In this document: positions 27,656-36,098 of the stretch, piece by piece
Layout of the letters: each line of letters starts with the position of its first letter
Numbering within the stretch: the stretch's first letter is position 1
NCBI GenBank assembly: GCA_963849105.1
Contig: CAWKGD010000003.1
Coordinates: forward strand, 705,428-769,427
Direction: 5' to 3'
Source of the DNA: an uncultured Acidimicrobiaceae bacterium
GTDB lineage: Bacteria; Actinomycetota; Acidimicrobiia; Acidimicrobiales; Bog-793
DNA length: 64,000 nt
Program-made: the position numbers and the translations under genes
The notes under the pieces: generated by a model
Told to the model about the DNA's origin: nothing
The model's input: only the letters and a program-made list of their open reading frames with translations
The model's database searches: none

Positions 27656-29011
27656 ATGCGCAAGCGGACCGAACCCGACCTGTTTGACGCGGCGGCGGCC
27701 GACGAACTCGCCCGCCGGGCGCCGCTCGCCGACCGGATGCGGCCGCAAAGCCTCGACGAATTCGTCGGTCAGTCCCACCTGCTCGCACGGGGGGCGACGC
27801 TGCGTGCCCTCATCGAGACCGACTCGCTCTCTTCGGCGATCTTCTTCGGTCCGGCCGGCTCGGGCAAGACCACGCTTGCCCGTCTTGTCGCGCAGACGTC
27901 GGCGAAACGGTTCGTGACGCTCTCCGCGGTCTCGAGCGGCGTCGCTGAAGTACGCGAAGTCATCGAACAGGCGCGGCGCGACCTCGGGATGAGTGGGCGT
28001 CAGACGATCCTTTTCCTCGACGAGATTCACCGCTTCAACCGCGCGCAACAGGACGCGTTCTTGCCCGGCGTCGAGTCGGGCGTCATCGTCCTCATCGGCG
28101 CGACGACCGAGAACCCCTTTTTCTCCCTCACCTCGCCGCTGCTCAGCCGCTCGACACTGTGGCGATTCGAGCCGATCGGCAACGAGGACCTCGCGCTGCT
28201 CGCCCGTCGCGGCGTCGAGCGGGAAGGTGCGTCGATCGACGACGAGGCGCTCGCGGCGGCCGTCGACCTCTCCGACGGCGACGCGCGGGCGTTGCTCGTC
28301 ACACTGGAGGTCGCGATCGCCGTCGCCCGGTCGCGTGATCCGAGCGAGGTGGCGATCGGACGTGCCGACGTCGAGGCCGCCCGAACGACTCGCGCGATCC
28401 GCCACGGGCGCGACGAGCACTACGACGTCGTTAGCGCGCTGATCAAGTCGATCCGCGGATCGGATCCCGACGCCGCGATTTACTGGCTCGCCCGTTTGAT
28501 CGTTGCCGGTGAGGACCCGCGATTTGTCGCCCGCCGCCTCGTTATCTTGTCGAGCGAGGACGTCGGTCTTGCTGATCCGAACGCCCTCGTCGTCGCGGAG
28601 TCGGCCGCCGCGGCGCTCGATCGCGTCGGGCTGCCCGAAGCGGCGCTGAACTTGGCGGAGGCGGTGGTCTATCTTGCTTCGGCGCCGAAGTCGAACCGCG
28701 CCGCGGTGGCGATTTGGAACGCGATGGGAGACGTCGAGCGCGGCCCGCTCGCGACGGTCCCGCCGAGGCTGCGCGGGACCGGATTCCAGGGCGCGAAGGC
28801 CCTCGGCCACGGAGTCGGTTACCAGTATCCTCACGACGATCCGCGAGGCTTCGTCGATCAGACGTACCTGCCCGATGAGCTCGCCGGACGCCGCTACTAC
28901 GAGCCGTCCGAGCACGGCTTCGAACGCGAGGTCGCGGAGCGCCTCGCGCGGTGGTGGAAGCGACGAAAAGATGACGGGGACGGGACGGATTCGGGCACGG
29001 TGAGCGAATGA
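27656..29011 (+). CDS. rarA: Replication-associated recombination protein A (AAA+ ATPase)
   Basis: Walker A GPAGSGKTT, Walker B LFLDEIHRFN, and the MgsA C-terminal domain. Confidence 0.92.
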   Translation: MRKRTEPDLFDAAAADELARRAPLADRMRPQSLDEFVGQSHLLARGATLRALIETDSLSSAIFFGPAGSGKTTLARLVAQTSAKRFVTLSAVSSGVAEVREVIEQARRDLGMSGRQTILFLDEIHRFNRAQQDAFLPGVESGVIVLIGATTENPFFSLTSPLLSRSTLWRFEPIGNEDLALLARRGVEREGASIDDEALAAAVDLSDGDARALLVTLEVAIAVARSRDPSEVAIGRADVEAARTTRAIRHGRDEHYDVVSALIKSIRGSDPDAAIYWLARLIVAGEDPRFVARRLVILSSEDVGLADPNALVVAESAAAALDRVGLPEAALNLAEAVVYLASAPKSNRAAVAIWNAMGDVERGPLATVPPRLRGTGFQGAKALGHGVGYQYPHDDPRGFVDQTYLPDELAGRRYYEPSEHGFEREVAERLARWWKRRKDDGDGTDSGTVSE

Positions 29012-31620
29012 CGATCGACGGCGACGGGCTGCGCGCCGCGTTTACGCGCTACTTCGTCGAACGCGACCACAACGCCCTGCCGGCTGCGAGTCTCGTTCCG
29101 GTCGATCCGACCGTGATGTTCACGATCGCCGGCATGGTGCAGTTCAAGCCGTACTTCACGGGTGAACAGACGCCACCGGTTCCGCGGGCGACGACGGTCC
29201 AACCGTGTTTCCGCACGAACGACATCGAGATCGTCGGCACGACGGCGCGCCACACGACGCTTTTCGAGATGCTCGGCAACTTCAGCTTTGGCGACTACTT
29301 CAAAGAGCGCGCGATCCCGCTCGCGTGGGACTTTGTCACCGAGGTCCTCGGGTTTGATGCCGATCGGCTGTGGATCACGGTGCACGAATCAGACGACGAG
29401 GCGTCGGGAATCTGGCAAGACGCCGTCCAGGTCTCCGCCGAACGGATCCAGAAGATGGGAGCGGACAACTTCTGGGAGATGGGCGAGGTCGGTCCGTGCG
29501 GACCGTGCTCGGAGATCTACTTCGACCGTGGCGAGCACTTCGGCCCGGGAGGCGGTCCGGCGAATGACGACTCCGATCGCTACAGCGAGATCTGGAACCT
29601 CGTCTTCATGCAGTTCGACCGCGCCGCCGACGGGACGATGGAGGACCTCCCGAAAAAGAACATCGACACAGGAGCGGGTTTCGAACGGATCCTCATGCTG
29701 TTGCAAGGCGTTGATTCCGTGTTCGCGACCGATGTCCTCGCGCCGATCGTCGAGCAGGCCGCCTCGGCGACGAAGACGCCGCTCGGTCGCGACGACCACA
29801 GCGACGTCGCCCTGCGCGTCCTCGCCGACCACACGCGTTCGGCCGCCTTCCTCATCTCCGACGGCATCGTCCCTTCGAACGAGGGGCGGGGCTACGTGCT
29901 CCGTCGGATGATCCGCCGTGCGGCGTTGCGTGCCCACCAGCTCGGCGCGACCGAGGTTGTCCTGCCGAGGGTCGCCGACGCGGTGTCGGCGACCCTCGGC
30001 AACGCGTACCCGCGGCTAGTTCGCGACGGCGAACTGGTCCGCACGGTCATCGCCCACGAAGAAGAGGCGTTCCGCCGCAATCTGCGTGCCGGGTTCCAAC
30101 TCCTTGAAACAGAGCTGCGCGACGCAGTCACGACGCTTCCCGGTGACGTCGCCTTCAAGCTGCACGACACGTACGGGTTTCCGATCGACCTCACCGTCGA
30201 GGTGGCGAACGCGCGCGGCGTCGCTGTCGACCGGGCCGGTTTCGACGCCCAGATGGAAGAGCAACGCCGACGCGGCCGGGCCGACACTCACCGGGCGCTC
30301 GAGCACTTTGGTGCCGAGGGACGATGGCGCGACGTCCTGTCCGAGAGGGGACCGACCGAGTTCCTCGGCTACGAGGAGGAGGCGACCGACGCCGAGGTCC
30401 TCGCGGTGGCGGTGCGCGACGACGCCGGGACATTCGAGAACGTCGACGGCGAGCGCGCCCGAGATGGGGCGGAGTTCATTGACGTCGTCTTGGACCGCAC
30501 GCCCTTTTATGCCGAAGGCGGAGGTCAGGTCGGTGACACCGGGACGATCCGCACACCGAGCGGAGTCGTGCGTGTGCTCGACACGACATCGGCCGACGGC
30601 GTGAGCGTGCACACCGGATACCTCATTCAGGGCACGGTGCGCGAGCACGAGCGCGCCCTCGCCGTGATCGACGTCGAACGCCGTGAGGCGATCAGGCGCA
30701 ACCACACCGCGACGCATCTCCTCCACGCCGCGCTGCGCGAGGTACTAGGCGAGCACGCCAAACAGCAGGGATCACTCGTCGCGCCCGACCGCCTGCGCTT
30801 CGACTTCAGCCACTTCTCCGCGCTCTCTGATGACGAGCTGGCTCGCATCGAGAGGATGGTCAGCGAACAGATCCTCGACAACGACGCGGTGACGACGTAT
30901 CAGACCTCGAAGGAGGAGGCCGAACACCTCGGTGCCGTCGCGTTCTTCGGCGAGAAATATGGAGAGACCGTCCGTGTCGTCGAGGCCGGACCCGCTTCGC
31001 TCGAACTGTGCGGGGGGACCCACGTCCACACGCTCGGCTCGATCGGGCCGTTCCGCATCCTTTCGGAGAGCTCGATCGGCGCGAACACCCGCCGCATCGA
31101 GGCGACGACCGGCACTCGCTCGATCGAGGAGATCCGCGAGATGTCCGACACGCTGACGCGTGCCGCGACGACGCTGCACACGATTCCGTTCGACGTGGCG
31201 AACGCGGTCGAGCGCCTCGTCGAACGGGAGAGAGGCTTGGAGGACGAGCTGCGCCGGGCGCGCACATCCGCGCTGCGTGATGAAGCGCGTTCGCTCGCCT
31301 CGAAGGCGCACTCGGGCGTCCTCGTCGCTCGCCGCGACGGCGTCGACCCGACCGCGCTCCGTGAGCTGGCGCTGGCGATCCGCGCCCTCGACGTCTCGAC
31401 CGTCGCGTTGATCGGCGCTCCCGACGCCGGTCGCGTCGCGATCGTCGTCGCTGCTCGACCCGACGGCGGCATCGACGCCCGAGAGATCGCCTCGGGCGCG
31501 GCGCGAGTTGTCGGTGGCGGCGGCGGTGGATCGAAGGAGCTCGCCACGGCTGGCGGTCGCGACGTAGCCGCCATCGACGCGGCGATCGAGGAACTCGACG
31601 CCCTCATCGGGCGGACGTAG
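29008..31620 (+). CDS. alaS: Alanine--tRNA ligase
   Basis: 870 aa with class II core FTIAGM and FEMLGNFSFGDYFK, the editing-domain HTATHLLH, and a C-terminal DHHA1 domain. Confidence 0.95.
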   Translation: MTIDGDGLRAAFTRYFVERDHNALPAASLVPVDPTVMFTIAGMVQFKPYFTGEQTPPVPRATTVQPCFRTNDIEIVGTTARHTTLFEMLGNFSFGDYFKERAIPLAWDFVTEVLGFDADRLWITVHESDDEASGIWQDAVQVSAERIQKMGADNFWEMGEVGPCGPCSEIYFDRGEHFGPGGGPANDDSDRYSEIWNLVFMQFDRAADGTMEDLPKKNIDTGAGFERILMLLQGVDSVFATDVLAPIVEQAASATKTPLGRDDHSDVALRVLADHTRSAAFLISDGIVPSNEGRGYVLRRMIRRAALRAHQLGATEVVLPRVADAVSATLGNAYPRLVRDGELVRTVIAHEEEAFRRNLRAGFQLLETELRDAVTTLPGDVAFKLHDTYGFPIDLTVEVANARGVAVDRAGFDAQMEEQRRRGRADTHRALEHFGAEGRWRDVLSERGPTEFLGYEEEATDAEVLAVAVRDDAGTFENVDGERARDGAEFIDVVLDRTPFYAEGGGQVGDTGTIRTPSGVVRVLDTTSADGVSVHTGYLIQGTVREHERALAVIDVERREAIRRNHTATHLLHAALREVLGEHAKQQGSLVAPDRLRFDFSHFSALSDDELARIERMVSEQILDNDAVTTYQTSKEEAEHLGAVAFFGEKYGETVRVVEAGPASLELCGGTHVHTLGSIGPFRILSESSIGANTRRIEATTGTRSIEEIREMSDTLTRAATTLHTIPFDVANAVERLVERERGLEDELRRARTSALRDEARSLASKAHSGVLVARRDGVDPTALRELALAIRALDVSTVALIGAPDAGRVAIVVAARPDGGIDAREIASGAARVVGGGGGGSKELATAGGRDVAAIDAAIEELDALIGRT

Positions 31621-31631
31621 AAGGCCAGGCC

Positions 31632-32096
31632 GTGCCGGATCGGCCTCCTTTTGGTCGCGTGCTCGGGCTCGACCTCGGCTCCGTGCGCATCGGTGTGGCA
31701 ATCTCCGACTCGGCGCGCACCCTCGCGACGCCACGCGAGGTCCTGCGAAGAAGCGGTGACCAGGAGAACGATCTCGAGTTGCTCGCGGCGCTCATCGACG
31801 ACGCGGGTGCGACCGAGGTCGTCGTCGGCCTGCCGGTCTCGCTCGACGGAAGCCGCGGCCCGGCGGCCGCGGGCGTCGAAGCCGAGGCAGCACAGCTGCG
31901 TGAACGCGTGTCGGTGCCCGTACAGCTGATCGACGAACGCCTCTCGAGCGTGGAAGCGACACGGCGTCGACGCGAAGCGCGCCCGCAGTCGAAACAGCGG
32001 GCCCGCTCACCGCTTGGATCGCGGCACGCGCCCGTCGACGCCGACGCGGCGGCGATTGTCCTGCAGGCGTATCTCGATTCCCACCGCGGGCGGTGA
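31632..32096 (+). CDS. ruvX: Holliday junction resolvase-like RuvX (YqgF)
   Basis: GLDLGSVRIGVAISD N-terminus, 154 aa, in the conserved position after alaS. Confidence 0.9.
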   Translation: MPDRPPFGRVLGLDLGSVRIGVAISDSARTLATPREVLRRSGDQENDLELLAALIDDAGATEVVVGLPVSLDGSRGPAAAGVEAEAAQLRERVSVPVQLIDERLSSVEATRRRREARPQSKQRARSPLGSRHAPVDADAAAIVLQAYLDSHRGR

Positions 32097-32102
32097 CGCA
32101 GA

Positions 32103-32972
32103 TTGACTCCGGTCGGCGTTCTCGGTGAACACGTTCGACAATTTCGGGCGGCAGTGATCGGCACGCCCATTCGCCATTCCTTATCGCCGCGCGTCCACGA
32201 TGCGGCGTACGCAGCGCTCGGTCTCGACTGGCGCTACGGCGCGATCGAAGTTCAGCCCGGCGACGGAGCAGCCGCGATCCGCGAGGCACGCGACGCGAAC
32301 TACGTGGGTCTGTCGGTGACGACACCGCTGAAGGTCGAAGCGGCGCAAGCGTGTCCAAAATCCAGAGACGTCGACGCGATCGGCGCGGCAAACACGGTGG
32401 TCTTCGGCGGGGCCGGTGTGCTGGCGTACAACACCGACGGTGAAGGACTGCTCGACGACTTGCGGCAAGCGCACGGCTTTGACGCGGGGAACCGAAATTG
32501 CGGGGTGATCGGTGCCGGTGCGACCGCCCGCGCGGTCGTCCGGGCGCTCGATGCACACGGCGCGCACGAGATCATCGTTGTCAACCGCTCCGCTGATCGC
32601 GCGCATGCAGCGGTCGCTCTCGCGCCGACGACGGCGCGTGTGGGTGACCCCGAGGACCTTATTGGGCTCGACCTCGTCGTCTATGCGGCGCGGGCAGCGA
32701 CCCCAGACGATCATCGCGAGATCGTCGGATTCGCCTCAGGTCTCGGTGCGTCGACCTGCCCTGGACAACTCGTCGTCGACGTGAACTACTACCCGCCGCG
32801 ATCGGCGTTCTTGGAATCGGCGCGCGCAAGGGGAGCGCTGGTCCAGCACGGGCTCGGGATGCTCGTCCACCAGGCGGCCCGACAAGTCGAACTTTTCACC
32901 GGCTTGCCAGCGCCGCTCGAGGCGATGTGGGGAGCTGTGGCGAGCGAACCGGGGGCACTTAGCCCCAGCTGA
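32103..32972 (+). CDS. aroE: Shikimate dehydrogenase
   Basis: VIGTPIRHSLSP, GLSVTTPLK, NTDGEG and GAGATARA motifs. The start is uncertain (TTG 32103 or GTG 32154). Confidence 0.88.
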   Translation: MTPVGVLGEHVRQFRAAVIGTPIRHSLSPRVHDAAYAALGLDWRYGAIEVQPGDGAAAIREARDANYVGLSVTTPLKVEAAQACPKSRDVDAIGAANTVVFGGAGVLAYNTDGEGLLDDLRQAHGFDAGNRNCGVIGAGATARAVVRALDAHGAHEIIVVNRSADRAHAAVALAPTTARVGDPEDLIGLDLVVYAARAATPDDHREIVGFASGLGASTCPGQLVVDVNYYPPRSAFLESARARGALVQHGLGMLVHQAARQVELFTGLPAPLEAMWGAVASEPGALSPS

Positions 32973-33025
32973 GGTTCCCCAAGCTGCAAATTCGGACAAT
33001 CGACCCTTCGGTAGGGTGTCTTGTT

Positions 33026-34180
33026 GTGGCGGCACACGTTCTTGATCGCACGCCGCGGCTCCACCGCAAGACGACATCGCCAATCCTCGCTGCGTTGCGG
33101 CAGGTGGACTTCGCCCTCATTGTCGCGACGCTCGTTCTGACGGTTATCGGTTTCGTCATGGTGTACTCGGCCTCGAAGGGGATCTACCCCGCCGAGCCGA
33201 ACTACTTCTTGAAGCGCCAGATCGCCTACGCGATCGTCGGGCTCATCGCGATGATCGTCTGTGCGACGGTCGATTACCGGCGGCTCGAAGATTTCGGGTA
33301 CTACATCTACGGCATCGTCGTCATCGCGCTCGCCGGCGTCATCGCCGTCGGACACAGCCAGAACGGCTCGCAGCGGTGGATCTCGCTCGCCGGCGTGCAG
33401 TTCCAACCCTCGGAATTCGGGGTGCTCGCAGTGATTTGCGGGGTCGCGCTGTACCTTGCTCGGCATCGCCGCGAACTCGGCGTCGGGCGAATTGCCGCGC
33501 TCTGCCTGATGACCGGTGTCCCAATCTTGCTCGTCGTGAAACAGCCCGACCTCGGCACCGGGATCCTGCTCGGCGTCGTGTTGTTCGTGATGTTGTACTT
33601 CGGAGGCGTCCGAATGCGGTTCCTCGTCGCGCTCGTCGCCATCGCAGTTTTGGGATTCGCCTTCGCGGTTTTCGCCCACGTGCTGAGCACATATCAACTC
33701 GACCGCTTGACGGCGTTCTTGCACCAGAGCACCGACCCGCAGGGCCTCGATTACAACGTCATCCAGTCGAAGACGGCGATCGGCGCCGGAGGACTGACCG
33801 GGACGGGGCTCTTCAAGGGCGCGCAGACGAACCTCGAGTACGTTCCGATCCAGTATGCGGACTTCATCTTCTCGGCGATCGGCGAACAGCTCGGCTTCAT
33901 CGGTTCCGCGGTTGTCATCGCGCTGTACGGGTTCGTCGCGTTCCGGATCTTTCGGGCGGTCCAGGTAGCCCGTGATGAACTCGGCCGGCTCATCTGCGCG
34001 GGGATCCTCGCGTTCGTCGTCTTCTCGGTCTTCGAGAACGTCGGGATGGCGTCGGGGATCATGCCGATCACCGGCATCCCGCTCCCATTCATCTCCTACG
34101 GCGGTTCCGCATTGGTCGCCTTCTTCTGCGCGATCGGACTCGTCTTGAATATCGAGATGCGTCGATCGCGAGCCCGATGA
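33026..34180 (+). CDS. SEDS family peptidoglycan polymerase (RodA/FtsW-like)
   Basis: About ten transmembrane helices and the C-terminal SEDS signature TGIPLPFISYGGSA. Confidence 0.88.
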   Translation: MAAHVLDRTPRLHRKTTSPILAALRQVDFALIVATLVLTVIGFVMVYSASKGIYPAEPNYFLKRQIAYAIVGLIAMIVCATVDYRRLEDFGYYIYGIVVIALAGVIAVGHSQNGSQRWISLAGVQFQPSEFGVLAVICGVALYLARHRRELGVGRIAALCLMTGVPILLVVKQPDLGTGILLGVVLFVMLYFGGVRMRFLVALVAIAVLGFAFAVFAHVLSTYQLDRLTAFLHQSTDPQGLDYNVIQSKTAIGAGGLTGTGLFKGAQTNLEYVPIQYADFIFSAIGEQLGFIGSAVVIALYGFVAFRIFRAVQVARDELGRLICAGILAFVVFSVFENVGMASGIMPITGIPLPFISYGGSALVAFFCAIGLVLNIEMRRSRAR

Positions 34181-34755
34181 GCGAGGAAGCGGCAGCGACT
34201 CCGACGCGCGCTCCGGCCAAGAAGCGCGCACCGGCGAAGACGAGCAAAGAGGAGTCCGAGCCCATCGAACCGGTCGAGGCGGTTGCGGCTGGCGACGCGC
34301 AGAGCGCGCCCGAGCCCGGCGACTTCGCGGGGTTCATCCCCGTCGAAGTCGTCGACGTCATCGTTCGGCTTCCGAACCCGAATCCGGTGCTCGTGCTGCG
34401 GACGGTTGACCCACCGCAACGCTCGCTCGAAATCCCGATCGGCGCCGCTGAGGGAATCTCGATCGCGAACGCGCTGCACGATGTTTCGACGCCGAAGCCG
34501 CTCACGCACGAGCTCTTCGCCGACACGCTGACGGCGCTCGACGCATCGGTCGCCGTTGGGCGCATCACCGCCGTCGAGGGCGGCTCTTTCTACGGGGAGA
34601 TCGTCGTGAGCGGCGGCAACGCCGGCCAGCAGACGATCCCCTGTCGGCCGTCGGATGCGGTCGCGATGGCGCTGCGTCAGCGGCCGCCGGCTCCGATCGT
34701 CGCTTCTTCGGCGGTCCTCGAGACGGCCGGCATCGAAGACGACACGAGCCGCTGA
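34177..34755 (+). CDS. Bifunctional nuclease family protein (BFN/DUF151)
   Basis: Disordered N-tail followed by a DUF151-like core (VLVLRT...LEIPIGAAEGISIA..L.....PLTHEL). It overlaps the upstream SEDS gene by 4 nt. Confidence 0.75.
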   Translation: MSEEAAATPTRAPAKKRAPAKTSKEESEPIEPVEAVAAGDAQSAPEPGDFAGFIPVEVVDVIVRLPNPNPVLVLRTVDPPQRSLEIPIGAAEGISIANALHDVSTPKPLTHELFADTLTALDASVAVGRITAVEGGSFYGEIVVSGGNAGQQTIPCRPSDAVAMALRQRPPAPIVASSAVLETAGIEDDTSR

Positions 34756-36044
34756 TTCCCCTCGTTGGAGATCCGTATCAAGATCGCCACCAAGGCGTAG
34801 TTCGCGACGAGCGATGAGCCCCCGTAGGAGACGAAGGGGAGCGTGACCCCCGTCAAGGGCAACAGCCGCGTGTCGCCCGCCATGATGAGGAACGCCTGCA
34901 GCCCGAGGGTGGCGGTAAGTCCCGTCGCACACAGCCGGGAGAACTCCGAACGCGCGCGCCGCGCGGCCCGCAATCCCGCGCCGACCAAGATCGCGAAGCA
35001 GGCGACGATCGCCAAGGCGCCGACGAGACCCATCTCCTCTCCGATGATGGCGAAGATGTAATCGCTGGACGAGATCGGCAGCACCCCTTGCGCGAGGCCG
35101 AAGCCGATACCGGTTCCGAAGAGCCCGCCGCGCCCGAAGGCGAGCTCGCCTTGGATCGGCTGCAGGCCGATCCCTGTCGGATACGGCCACGGGTTGAGCC
35201 AGTCGGTGAAGCGCTCGTTCACCTGCGTCAGGATGTGGCTTGCCAAGAAGGCGACCAGCGCGAAACCGGCGAGCCCGATGACGATGTAGGTCCACCGTCC
35301 CGTTGCGGCCCAGATCATCGTCAAAAAGACGAGGAAAAGGATCAAAGAGAAGCCGATGTCGTCTTCGACGAGGATGATCAAAAGCGCCATGATCGCCGCC
35401 GCGGCGATCGGGCCGAAGGCGCGCAAATCCGGGATCATCCGGTTGCCGATCCTTCGTGTCGGCACCGTCAAGAGTTCGCGTTTGTCGACGAAGTACGAGG
35501 CGAAGAAGATGACAAGCAACAGTTTCGCGATCTCGACCGGTTGGAATTCGAACGACGAGGCGTGGACCCACAGGCGGGCGCCGTTGATCTTCTCGCCGAT
35601 GCCGGGCAAGAGCGGCGCGATCAACATCAAAAAGGCCGCCGCGAGGATCAGATAGCGGTAGCGGTCCAAGTCGCGGCTGTAGCCGAGCGTTGCGAGCACG
35701 CCCGCGTAGATCACGAGTCCGATCACCGTCCAGGCGAGCTGCTGACCCGCCTGGCCGGGATCGCCGCGTTCGATGAAGACGTAGCCCATGCCGTTCAGAA
35801 CGAGGACAACCGGCATGATCACGGGGTCGGCGTTCGGCGCGTAGATCCGATTCACGAGCTGGACGCCGAGGCCGATCAGCGCCAGGAAGACGATGAACTC
35901 GACGATGTGGGCGGGGAGCTTGCCGGTGAGCGCCAGCGACTCGAGCAAGGTCGCGAACAAAACGACGACCGCGCCGACAAAGAGCATTCCTGCTTCGGTG
36001 CGGCGACGCGGTGATCGACGGCGCTGCACGGCGACGGCGCTCAC
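34677..36044 (-). CDS. SEDS family peptidoglycan polymerase (FtsW/RodA-like), second copy
   Basis: Polytopic membrane protein with the SEDS signature TGVTLPFVSYGGSS. Its non-conserved C-tail overlaps the BFN gene by 79 nt. Confidence 0.88.
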   Translation of the reverse strand: MSAVAVQRRRSPRRRTEAGMLFVGAVVVLFATLLESLALTGKLPAHIVEFIVFLALIGLGVQLVNRIYAPNADPVIMPVVLVLNGMGYVFIERGDPGQAGQQLAWTVIGLVIYAGVLATLGYSRDLDRYRYLILAAAFLMLIAPLLPGIGEKINGARLWVHASSFEFQPVEIAKLLLVIFFASYFVDKRELLTVPTRRIGNRMIPDLRAFGPIAAAAIMALLIILVEDDIGFSLILFLVFLTMIWAATGRWTYIVIGLAGFALVAFLASHILTQVNERFTDWLNPWPYPTGIGLQPIQGELAFGRGGLFGTGIGFGLAQGVLPISSSDYIFAIIGEEMGLVGALAIVACFAILVGAGLRAARRARSEFSRLCATGLTATLGLQAFLIMAGDTRLLPLTGVTLPFVSYGGSSLVANYALVAILIRISNEGNQRLVSSSMPAVSRTAEEATIGAGGR

Positions 36045-36098
36045 GCGTCAAACGTACCGGAGTGGAGGCCTCAATCTCTGGGCAGCGGCACCGGTAGC

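Noticed and set aside
25675-27663. 662-aa ORF on the minus strand
   Set aside because: It is exactly antisense to aspS, which has unmistakable class II synthetase motifs. Its product is Arg/Ala/Gly-rich with no domain. Long shadow ORFs of this kind are expected in high-GC DNA.
32096-32103. Absence of mltG (yceG) between ruvX and aroE, where many actinobacteria have it
   Set aside because: Absence from one locus is not evidence of absence from the genome. The 6-nt gap simply shows a compact ruvX-aroE junction.
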